The notes under the pieces were generated by a model. The model had not been told where the DNA came from, did not search any database, and saw only the letters and a list, made by a program, of their open reading frames with translations. Below, in pieces: positions 37,886 through 49,700 of a stretch of DNA of 64,000 bases. The DNA lies in assembly GCA_904063045.1 (NCBI GenBank), contig CAJFCJ010000005.1, positions 1,999,988-2,063,987 of the forward strand. Reading direction: 5' to 3'. A program made the position numbers and the translations under genes. The DNA is from Dimorphilus gyrociliatus (taxonomy: Eukaryota; Animalia; Annelida). Numbering within the stretch: the first letter of the stretch is position 1; every line of letters starts with the position of its first letter.

Positions 37886-38210
37886 AGATATCAACAGAAT
37901 TAATAAAGACATTCGATATAAGAACAGAGCGTTATACCATAGAATAGAAAGAGGAATAAAGACACGCCGAGCGAGAGGAAGAAAGATCTATTTAAAAAAA
38001 GAACAGATAAAATCTTATAAATCATTATTTTTTATGTTTTGCTCCCATTGAAAGACTTTAAACTAGTGCAATAAACTGACTGATTTAGCAATAGATGGAA
38101 AAAAGCGAGTAATATAATAATATTCCATAAGTCTATCTGAAGTTAAAAGGAGAAAGAAATGAATAAAGAAAACAAGAAGGAAACGGCGGCAACGTAATAT
38201 CAATATATAA

Positions 38211-38700
38211 CTAGTCGAATCCGCTTTTTATGGATATACAAACGTTGGAATTTTTCTTTACACTTGAGAAGAATATATATGATTGCGGACGTTCTTCAAT
38301 AGCTTGCCCACTCGACCCTTGCAAAAATACTCTTTTCAAGCGATCATGTAAAATACACAAACGATTATGACACCATTCTCTTCTATTCAATTCGTCGTTA
38401 ATATTCCTAATTGTACTTTATAAACATAAATATGTATATACAAGTATATATATGGTTTAATTATATAAATAGTCATATTTCTATTATTGATATAAAACTT
38501 CTTTCGAAATTCTTAAATCAATATGAAAAGGAGAAAGAGAAAAGCCCGAAATTTTGATGAATGCCAGTTATTTTTTTTATAGCTTTGAAAATAGTTCTAT
38601 TGAATATATTCAATCGGCATAAAAGATTACTCCATCTAACCATCTTTTCTTACATACGCTTCGACGAACTAGAGTTCTTGCTCCAGCTCATTTCCGTCAT
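38211..38700 (-). CDS. Possible small two-exon gene (80 aa) of unknown function
   Basis: AAA-ATG exon 38700-38654 ending AT|GTAAGA (phase 2); acceptor TTAG, exon 38406-38211 open for 64 codons to TAG; no family recognised, could be chance. Confidence 0.25.
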
Positions 38701-40045
38701 TTTAATTCGTACGTTTATTGACATAGTAATAATGGGGATTTTTTTAATTTTCCCGCAAAAAACCGATCACGTACGGCGAATGGATAAATTCGTTGAATGC
38801 TAATAAAACGCTAAAAAGTTTAGCCTTATTGCAAACAGTATATATTACACCTATCCGAATTAGTTGGAATTAAACCGTCCTCGTGCACTCGCTTTCTCTT
38901 GCCGTTCATATATGGCTATAAACTATATATACTGTATAAATTATATATAAATTTATATATATATACTATCTATTCATTCAACTGTTTAGTTGAGAATTGA
39001 TCGCTTCGGAGAGCAGATAACATAACCCCTAGTGAAAACGGTTCGCTGCTGGTTGCCTACTTGACAAACAATCGGCCGGCTAACGAGCTAAACGCCTTTG
39101 AAAACGATCTTTCGGAGACTTCAATACCAGAAAGGTCCTGACACCAGGATAATTGCCCACTCGAGGTACTAGACGGATTCTCCCGTTTCGCTCGGTTATT
39201 TCTTCAAAAAAGGAAAGGACTTTATTATATAGATACTGTTTATATAAAGAAAAAGAAAGAATGAAAGAAAAAAGGAAAGGGACTGGAGAAAATATTTTGT
39301 TTGCTTATTTCTCTATCCCTTTAAGCTGAAAAGTTAGACGTTCCTTTCCTGTTTATGAAAGCAACACCGAACAACACCTGACTCTCTACGGATTATGTTT
39401 GTAGTTATTTACCTTCCATTCGGATATGTCAATAATCCGCTGACCTTGTACCTTCCCTACCGCTTAAAATCCTCTCACGCCCTCTTCTCTATTAGCTTCT
39501 CTCCATCATCTTCTTAATGCACAGCAGCGTAGAAAGAATTTTTATTTCATAATAGTGGCGTAAGACCACCACCTGGGACCATCCTGTTTTAATTAAACGT
39601 CATTAATCATTGTCAGTCTCTGACCAACGCTTATCGTAAAGGCATTAGGCTGCGAAACGCTTATGTAATCCGTCTAATGAAGCGATGATTCCCCTTCGTG
39701 TTTTGCCTTAGGCCTAAATACCCTATTCTAATATGCATATACAAGCTTTTGAGCATTAAAGAGAATATAAGGGCCAGTGTCTCAGTTCAATACTAATATA
39801 TCGTAAAACGGACACACTATTCCAAGTATACTGTCTGACGATATATTTATTAAATAGTACAATAATGTGTGTTTTTGCAAACTGAACAGGAGACCATATT
39901 TCGAATTTCCCTTCCAAATGACTAAGGTATATTACCCCCAAAACATATCTTGAAAAAATGACTCACTCATAACAATATATATCCTTGTCACGATACAAGA
40001 ATAAGTCGTGTAAATTTCATATCATATCGATTAAGAGAGACGAAA

Positions 40046-40702
40046 ATGATTTATTCCAAATTGGATACATTTAAAGTCATTCTGATTGTTCTAGTCGTCA
40101 TAAATTTTACAGAACAATGTACTGATTGTTCTAATACAACAGCTACAACAACAGTAAAGGATACATCAAAAGGATCGTCCTCATTTGAATTCAAGTTTTA
40201 TTTTATACCTATACCAATAGTACTTCTGGGAGCTGGAATATCCGGTTTGTTCTGTTGTGCAAGATGTCGAAATGAAAAATACGGAGAAAACAAGACTCCG
40301 GATGATTATACTATGGAAAGATATAATGGACCCGATCGAAAAAACAATAAATACTCCATTCACGATGTAAAGAGGAAACAGAAGCCACCTGTTCCGCCTC
40401 CACTAACGACAACAAGAACTTCAGACTATGAAACAGTTTATGAGACAATAAATGAAAATCAACAAGAAATCAACTCAGTATCGGGATATTTGTCTCTTGA
40501 ATCATCTACTTATCTATACCCATCGAATTCGTACGATCGTCTACAGGCTACCGGAGATATTGATAAAGAGAAAAAGACCAATGAAAATAGTGACAGTATA
40601 AGAGATGCATCGGGTATCAGAAGTTTTGCTGAAGTAACCCTTTCAAAGCCACTGTCTACCAAACAACACAACTTTTCTGATTCTAATTCTTATAAGAATT
40701 GA
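40046..40702 (+). CDS. Intronless single-pass type I membrane protein (218 aa) with a Tyr-rich cytoplasmic tail; paralog of 36212..36634
   Basis: Signal peptide, CTDC + Thr/Ser stalk, TM FYFIPIPIVLLGAGISGLF, CCARC, PPVPPP, 11 tail tyrosines (DYETV, VYETI, GYLSL, SYDRL); two AATAAA within ~40 nt after the stop. Confidence 0.85.
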   Translation: MIYSKLDTFKVILIVLVVINFTEQCTDCSNTTATTTVKDTSKGSSSFEFKFYFIPIPIVLLGAGISGLFCCARCRNEKYGENKTPDDYTMERYNGPDRKNNKYSIHDVKRKQKPPVPPPLTTTRTSDYETVYETINENQQEINSVSGYLSLESSTYLYPSNSYDRLQATGDIDKEKKTNENSDSIRDASGIRSFAEVTLSKPLSTKQHNFSDSNSYKN

Positions 40703-43700
40703 AAGGAATTTCACATGTAATAAAACTGTATAATAAAAGCATTGGTATGATAGTGCCAAATTTTCCAGTTAATTTTTCATCTTCCTCGGCTCCTCGCTTA
40801 CGTTCCGTAGGCTATTTGTGCTCAAATCATTTCGGTCGAACAAACAATCATAAAAACCGTTGAAAATGCGTACACGGGGTAAAAAAGGGAAGCAAGGAGG
40901 GGGTTGTTGAAGGAAAGAAAGGGAGAAAAAAGTAGGTTACGTACCAAATATTTCTTCCAGTTATTTCACGCTTTTCGAAAATAGATTTTTTTTTATACAT
41001 TGACTAGCGTATTCCGTGCGACTCGATAGGGGACTTCAACACCACCTAATCAGGGTTTTGTAGTGAAATTACAACGTTTGAAACAGTAACGGCAACCTCC
41101 TCACAAAAGGTCAAACATCTCCTCCCTTATCCCGTTATAACGGCCGTGGGGCGTTCTCTGTGATGGGGGTGCCCAAAAGAGCGTAAAAATGGGAACAGAA
41201 AAGGGATAGTGAAAAGAAAAGAAAAGAGGGCAAGAGTAAGAAAGAGTGTTTCTTATAAAATTTTCTCGCGATGATTGAAGATAAGAGAGAACGCCTGCCA
41301 AGAAGAAACACAAAACAACGCGAAACTGATATCTTCTCAATTTCCGACGCCTCGGAGACGTGCAGGGAGCGATCGGAGTTCGTTAAATAAAGAAAACTAA
41401 GGGACATGGAAAAGGGGAGTTTTTTTAGATATAGGTAAAAAGGTTTATAAAACTATTTCCATTCTATTCTTTCTCTATCCCTTTTGTAACACGACTATGC
41501 GGTTTTATATGCGTTATATATACAATTTTTTCTTTTAAATCTCGAAGCGTCGAGAAGAGTTCAAAGGGCGGCATGAAAATTGCCCGAAGACACGCTATAC
41601 ATGCACCATTATATATATATAGTTTATATACAGTATATATCTGAGCCCTAAAAAAAAAGTGGATGTAAGAAGTTTGCCCGAAAGCTAGAAAAACAGTGGA
41701 TTATATAAAAGAAACCAAAGCTAGGGTGAAAGGGACGACGCCTACATAAAGAGTACGAGAGAGAGAGAGGAGCCAAGGAGGGGGGAAGTGTGGGAGTCGG
41801 TGGGAGGAGTAGGTAAAAAGAGAAAAAAAGAACGGACAATTGAAGATAAAGTAAGAAAATAATAACTAGGCAGCGACTTCAATGACGAAAGTTGCCTTTG
41901 TATAAATATATATTTTATATAATTATAGACATTATCGAATAAAAATATAATGAATGTAATGGAAATTCTTTAAAGAATAAAGAAACTACTTCCAGTAAGG
42001 CGAATCGTTTTTAAATTAGCACCAATTGGGGGATGGAAACGTTTACGTTTTCCTTATTTGTTGAAAGGAAATTTTAGCGCAATTAAGCTAATTAACGGGA
42101 CATTTTGATCAAGGCGGAAGATAGCTAATTTCAAACGACAACCCCGCATTTTAATTAGTCTTGTCGAAACATTATTTCTACGAGAATTGATTAGTTTGGC
42201 CAAAAGCTATATATTTTACATTTTACGCCTTAGTTGTGCGACCTACTTTTTTTTGCCACCCTCCTTTTGTCATAGTCCTAAGAGAGAAAATGGAAGGGGT
42301 GGGTTTTGGGAAAAGAGAATATAAAGAGAAAAATGAACGTCCTTTCTATATAGACTTAAGTACGTTTAATGCTCGAACGAAGAATATTAAGGGACTAACA
42401 CCTCGAGCGCGTTCTAATCTCAGCTTATAGGCCTTTTAAACGGGCGGACGCCTCCTTTTTCCTATTTTTCCTCTTTTTCCGCCTTTTCCCTCTTCACAAT
42501 CCTTTGTAGACGATTATCGAAGCGTTGGTCAATCGACATCTGGAAAGAAAATTACGAACATACCGTAAAGAATGATCCTTTCAAAGAAAAAGAGTGGAAA
42601 AAAAAAGAAAAGTTACCCTTATCCCACCTATTCTCGTTCCTTTTTTATCTTAGCACATCATAATATCCGTTTACGGGCGGTCAGTCATTAGAAACTGATC
42701 GTTTATCGCTTTTCCTTTTTTATCTCATCTATTCTTAATGACGGCGTAAAGGACACTGAATGTCACGAAATTGCCCGATTTTTTTTCTCTATTGACCATG
42801 ATTAATTACCTATATTAAATTATTCCCTTAATATTTCGCCGTCATAGTTTGCGTTTCCTGAACATCGCACCTGTTGAAAATTTAAAGACTATAGCTTCGG
42901 TATATAAAGTTTATATACTTACGTCAATATACCCATTCTCTTTCCATATTAAAGCTTATATATATATAATACCGGATTGACCCCCCGCAAACTTAAAAAA
43001 TGCGCATTCTTTTCTTTTTTCTCTCTCTCAGTCCCGTACTATACGTCGTTGAACTCGCTTAAGAAGGTGAGGATGAATGGATAGAGAAAATAGTTTGTGG
43101 CTCTGTTATAAAAAAGTCTTGTCTCGTCTTACATAACAATTGACGAAATGGTTAAACATACGTCAAAAAGTCATTAATAAAAGAAAGAAAGAGGGGTTAA
43201 TACGCCTAGAGCTAATTCGACTGATAAACTTATATCCTTATAAACATATTTAACAATATTGTAAGAATGTACAACAGGAAAAACATTCCAAACTTTCCAA
43301 TGAAGTATTACATAACGTCTTTTAACGCTCTAAAGTTTGAGTATAACTTTGGAAAATGCATTAGAAATTAAATTAACCTTGACGCCCTTCTTGCCTATTT
43401 TGGCAAAGGGTTAAATAAACTGGAAAGGTTATACTAAAAAACTATATATTGGCAATATTTATACGGAATATATATCTATGCCCCTTTCGAACTTGCCACC
43501 TAGTACCTCTTGTACTTTTTCCACCCACAAACTTCCCCTCTCCCTGCCCCCTCTCTTTCTCTCTTCAACTCTATTCTCCTGCAATTAAACGAACCGTAAA
43601 ATTGGCATTTTTATGCGATACTTTTTGAAAATAATATAAAACGACCAGCATTTGCAATTTTGTTTTACATGTCAAAAACATAGGGCAGCCGTCTTTAGCC

Positions 43701-44259
43701 TTACTCGCGTACAATAGCGAGTGACAAGTTTATTAGGTAATTAGATGAAAGGTAGCAAGATAATAAGTAGTATTAGCAGAAAACCGATATCGCTAACTGA
43801 CGAACGGAACCATCTGCTACCATCCTTAACGATGTTTTATTTTAACTGGTAACGCTTTGTAAATATTGAATTATATACTTTTAGTATAAAATTGTTATGC
43901 ACGTCAGGCGTCAAAACGGAGAAGGGAACCTATTGTTCGTTCTATGGCTGAAGAGTTTACATTGCTTGTTAGATGATCGTGATAGTGCATGTATTAACGG
44001 TATATGGATATAAAAAAATATATAAATAAACAACGGCCCCACGCGCGACAACGGGAGTAAGATCCTCCTTCAAATATGACATTAAGACGTCGGAGACAAT
44101 TACATCATAACATAGTTCCGAAACGGTATTGGATGACGGTGTAATTAAAGAAGCATTACGACCGATCGTCTTTAATCGAAACGTGGTCGGATGACGGACA
44201 GGTGAAACTTTTATTATAAAATAATGTAAGGGCACGTTGTCTTTCAATTCCGTTTTATT

Positions 44260-44290
<31 letters not shown>

Positions 44291-45570
44291 CCATAGCCTC
44301 CATGCCCCTTTTTCCTAATCTTAACACGCAAGCCCCCTCCCAACGGCCCGCAAGGTATGGACGTATATGTATATTTATATATCTAGGTAGAAATATGCAA
44401 GAAAAAGAAAATATACCGCCTAAGGGTTTGTACATTGGGACACGCGTACACGAACGCGTCTGTAGCTTGTTATCGTCGCCATTAATGAACGATGTAAAAA
44501 CGGCGGGAGTTCTGCAATCATCCCAGCCCTCGATTACGACCGTTTGATCGTCCGTTGGGGCAGCTGGCGCAAAAATCCTTCTCTTTCGGTGACTCGCGAC
44601 CACCTCCTAAATCCAATTATATTTTAGGGTTCATTGCTCGAATCTATAAGCTCTTAGGCATCCAAGCGCACCTGACACGTTCGAAAACTACTCTAATAAC
44701 TATTCTTTTATTTAGTATTCTTTTTTCTCCCTTGCTTGGTCTTAATCTTATGTAATAGAGCTTCTATTCTTTCATACCGCCAATTTGTTTCGCGCCTAGA
44801 TCTTCGGTAGCGATCAGACCGCCCCGCAATTACGTAATTTTCCAACATGCCATCTGTTTGTAGGCGCCCGGCGTTAATTTTACGAAATCCATTTGTAAGA
44901 ATGGCTTGAAAGAGACCGACGAACCGACTGGAGGCTCATAAAATGTCTCCTTAGAGACTCTTTCGAATTCTCCAACACTCTACCGCCAAAGGGCCTATAT
45001 TTCGAATAATTAATTAGACGGGCGCTATATATTTGCCTGTGGAGAGCGCCGACAGTCGATTTCCTCTATCCATAGATGGGAGGGGTCTTCTTTGAAGACC
45101 ATACATAAACCTAGTTGGAGGGTAGAATGGTAAAAGAAGTATATAGTGCCCCTGTCATTCAAAACTATAGAAAAACACAATCGGCCAATCATCGCTCTCC
45201 CTTTCACAGTCACGTGACCCCCGGCGTTTTTCAATCATCAGTAAGGTAGAAAGCGGCGAAGACAGACGATCGTTGATCGACCAGCTAGCCATTTTTTGTG
45301 TTCTTTTCTACAAAGTGTTATTTTTATACGAATATATTTTTTGTATATAAAACGATAACTTTTTAACAACTGAGTGGAAAATAACCTTAAAAAAAGGAAA
45401 TTAAGAAGGAGAAGAGGACAAAAAGTGTATTTAATATACATCACTTTAGTGAAAAAAGTACTCAACTATTTACCTTTGCACTTCGTCGTCAATATAAATT
45501 GAACCAAGTTGCATCTCTACTCTCTGCTTTAGAAATCTCTTAATTACCATTGTTTTTCTCTTTTTGGTAG

Positions 45571-45596
45571 CTTCTAATTAATATTCCGTTGATCAG
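45571..45596 (+). other. Candidate 26-nt 5'UTR micro-exon of protocadherin 1
   Basis: Polypyrimidine + TAG acceptor at 45570, donor CAG|GTAAGC at 45596/45597; a matching acceptor precedes the large exon at 46675/46676. Confidence 0.4.
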
Positions 45597-46713
45597 GTAA
45601 GCGATATCGAATTTTTTTTTCTTTCAAACAGAATTAATACGTAAAGTATAGGTTAACATAAAACATTTTTTGCATCGAAGTAAGGTAGAATAGATAAAAA
45701 GGGATAAAACGGTTTGTCCAAGAAAGGGGGTGGACAGTAAGGCTGAATGATATAGGAGGTGTTTATAGTATATATATAAAAAAGAATGTGTATATATGTC
45801 TGTACCAATTTGTATGAATTGTATAAAGTAATAGAAAAATTAGGAAAGAGGCGTAAAGGGTGTGAATAAGGGGAGAAAGAGAATGGGAGACAGATAGAGA
45901 GAGAGAGAGAGACAGAGAAAAAGAGAGTGATTAATCAATGTCGTTTATATTCTTTAATCCTTTTAGTTAATCGCAAATAAACTTTTTGGGCCTTGTATAT
46001 ACATAATGTAAGTTATGTTTTAACGGAAACGCGTTATAAAGTCATTATATACCATATGTGACGGTGCACCACGTTGCTGTTTCGTCATAGAGAACATTTA
46101 CCGAATGATATCAGGCTTCTGATAAATATTCATTTATTTGTTCCTTTTAGATCAGCTATATTTGTGTTGGTTGTAATTAACCAATTAGCATATTATATAT
46201 ATATATAATAGTACATATATAATAATAAAGTAGTATATAACGTTCTATATAACTATTTATATATCGTAGCCTAGACTAGTTTATTTTGATCAACCACAGC
46301 TTTATAAGTAGATGTTTTGATAAGCTGGGCTTTTTGAATAAAGAAATAATTGTCGTGAAGCGCCTTACTACCCTCTGTTTTTCTTCTATCTTCTCCTTTG
46401 CGTTCATATAGAACTTCTATACAAATATCAGATAGATTTTATATGTATATTTATTCTTAAGTCAGTGAAAATTATTCTCAAAACAGACGGGAGAAGGTTC
46501 TGAGCGGGAAAAAAGTCATAATTCAAACGGAACGTCATCCAATGGCATTGAATTGAAGGAGGAGGTGGACAGGTGTAGGGAGTCTTCTATACCCATTCAA
46601 AGTGTATTCTCAGCGGCGAACGGTCCGTTAATTGATCAATTAGCGAGACACTAAGAAAATATATATTTATAATAGTGGCAGGAATCACAACCAACGAAAA
46701 AAAGAAGAATAGA

Positions 46714-49700
46714 ATGCGTATACTAATCGTTTATTTCGTTCTTACTCTAATCGTTTCGGCCGCCGACGAAGTTCAACAAATTTATTTACACTTTACGATT
46801 GTCGAAAATCGACCGAACAATAGCCAAGTAGGGGATATTCGGTCGAAAATTGACGACCTTCGTCTATCCGACCAACTCCGATTTAACGGTCAGCCCTATT
46901 CGGATGTTATTTATGACTTGGTTCGTGTTGAGCCGACGACGGGTATTATTAGGACAAAGAAAAAGATTGATAGGGAATCTTTGCCCGGTTGTCGTAGATC
47001 AGCCATCTGTAATACGGGTATATTCGAGGTGCTAATCAAAGATATACGCAATGTCAACTTATATAATGTAAAGGTGAATATTACAATTTCGGACGAGAAC
47101 GATGAGGCACCGGAATTTCCTCAGGATAGATTAGAATTGAAAGTTAGTGAAGAATTGCCTTCGAAGGATGTGGCAACATTGCCTACGGCTGTCGATAACG
47201 ACAGTCCTACATTCGGCGTACGAAATTACACACTACTTCATCAATCAACTTCCCAATCCAAACCATTCAAGCTGTCAAGCGTAAGTCAGACGTCAGATTT
47301 AAAATTGATGCTCAAGGACGATTTCAATCTGGATAGGGAAACTGCTCCTTTTTATAAATTGACTTTATGGGCTGACGACGGCCTACATCGAAACAAAATG
47401 GATATTAACATTGAAGTTACGGATTTTAATGATAATGCACCAGTTTTTGATGCAATACCGTCGGCTATAAAAGTAAAAGAGAGTGTAGAACAAAATTCCG
47501 TTATCTACAAAGTTCGGGCTCAAGATAAAGATACCGGAGATAATCGTCGGATAACTTATGCGTTCGACAGCGAGACTAGACAACAGTACGGCCATCTGTT
47601 CCACATAGATGATAACACAGGAGAAATAACGAACAAGAAGGAAATAGATAAGGAGAAGCCGTATTATACCATTCGGTTAGGAATTATCGCCACAGATAAT
47701 GGTCAACCAGCTTTATCCTCTACAACAGCTGTTTTTCTCGAGATAATGGATGTAGATGATAACAAACCGGATATAATCGGAGAAAGGTCCTTCTCAATAC
47801 TCGAAGAGGAGTTAGATCAATCAATAGAGTTCACAATACAAGATCAGGATTTAACAGCATTCACTAATTTTACCTGTCTAGTCGAAAAGTCATCGTCGTC
47901 ATACGACAAAGTAATTTTAGAAGAAACCTTTCGAAATTCAGGACGTAATTCGGTTAATTATAAGCTAACATTTACAGAGAAAGTAGATAGAGAAGAAAGG
48001 CCTGAACTAGCAATTAGAATAACATGTATTGAGAATAATGCCGATAGAACAAGAAACACGATATCGTTGAAGGTTAAAATAGAGGATAAGAATGACCACG
48101 AACCGAAATTTTCTAAGAATTATTATTCAACAACGTTATTTGAGAACGAAAACCCAGGGAATTTGATCACAGTTACTGCCACTGATTTGGATACTGGAAG
48201 TAATCGCAAAATTACCTACTCTATTGTGGAAGATGATGCTCAATTTTGGTTCCAAATTGATCCATTTACCGGTGTCATAGGCGTACGATACGCTTTCGAT
48301 TACGAAGCTATTAGTGATCGCAATAAAAAATTTACTGTAATGGCTAAAGATGGGGGACAGGAGCCTCGTAGTTCAACCGCGACTGTTCAAATTACCATTA
48401 AGGATAAAGATGACAACGACGTGCAATTTATCACTGATACTTTTCATTTAAAAGTTTATGAAAATAGGCCTAATGGTACAATAGTCGGCAGTATTATAGC
48501 AACGGATGCAGACTCGGACGAGTATAACAAATTTTTCTATTCGCTAAATAATAGGAACTTCCTTATCAATTCTGTGACGGGAGAGATCGTTACAAGGCAA
48601 ACGTTAGACAGGGAAAGTAACGAACGCTACGTGCTTGAAGCGTTTGCAGAGTCGAAAGATCGAAATTTTCGAACGACTTGCTCAGTAATAGTAACAGTAG
48701 GAGACGAAAATGATAACAACCCTATGTGGACGTTTCCTGTTCCAGGAAATAATACATTACGTATCAGTACCGATATCAAGCCCGATACGGCTTTCGGGAA
48801 AGTAGAGGCAAAGGATTTAGATAAAGATGTCAACGGGACCGTATCATATAGGATTAAATCTGAACAGTATAAAGGATATATAAGGATTAACGAATCATCC
48901 GGATATTTATACGTTGTCGATGATCTAACCGCTTTCTCCAATAAATTATTGAAATTGTCAATCGAAGCTAAAGATGAGGGCCAACAATCGAATGTTAACG
49001 AAACTACACTGGAAATCGCCGTTAATCGATCAACCGTTAAAAAGGATAGCAAGAATCTGGTAATCGTTATAATCGTTGCAGTAATATCGGCTCTGCTTGC
49101 ATTTGCATTGACTATAGCAATAATCTTTTTATGTCGAACGTCACCCCGAACGGATAATATCAAGACGCCGAAATCTAACGTTCTAACAATCGATTCAGCG
49201 CATTTTGACGGAAGTTATGACAAACGACAGGCGGTAAGTTCTTTCTTCTTTTATTCTTTACCTATTAGCAATTTGAAAAGAGCACCTTTTTGGTATTAAA
49301 AAATAGCCTGTATGCAGATTAATTCTTTATTTACAATTTACGATTTCTATTTATATAAATATTTATAAATTATTTATATATTTAATAATATTTATCGCAA
49401 AGTTAAACTTTGTTACATTTTACAACTAAACAAAAAGATAAAACAAGTCAACTTGGTACAGATTTTACGAGTTTTATCCATTGAAAAAAAACCCATTAAG
49501 ACTTATGTTACATTGGTTGAAAAAACATTCCATTCGAACTAGTTTTCAAGAAAGAATATCCTGTTCTTTCGCTAACAAACATATATCTATGTATTGTGTA
49601 AAGGTAATTTCAACGCGGTCAACCAGTGCAATAATTTTTGTACGAACACCCGCTCTCCCTTTAGAAATATATTTTCAACTAGTTCGACCCATTGTGGTAG

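Noticed and set aside
48627-49163. 178-aa minus-strand ORF
   Set aside because: Antisense shadow of the protocadherin 1 exon; no domain signal
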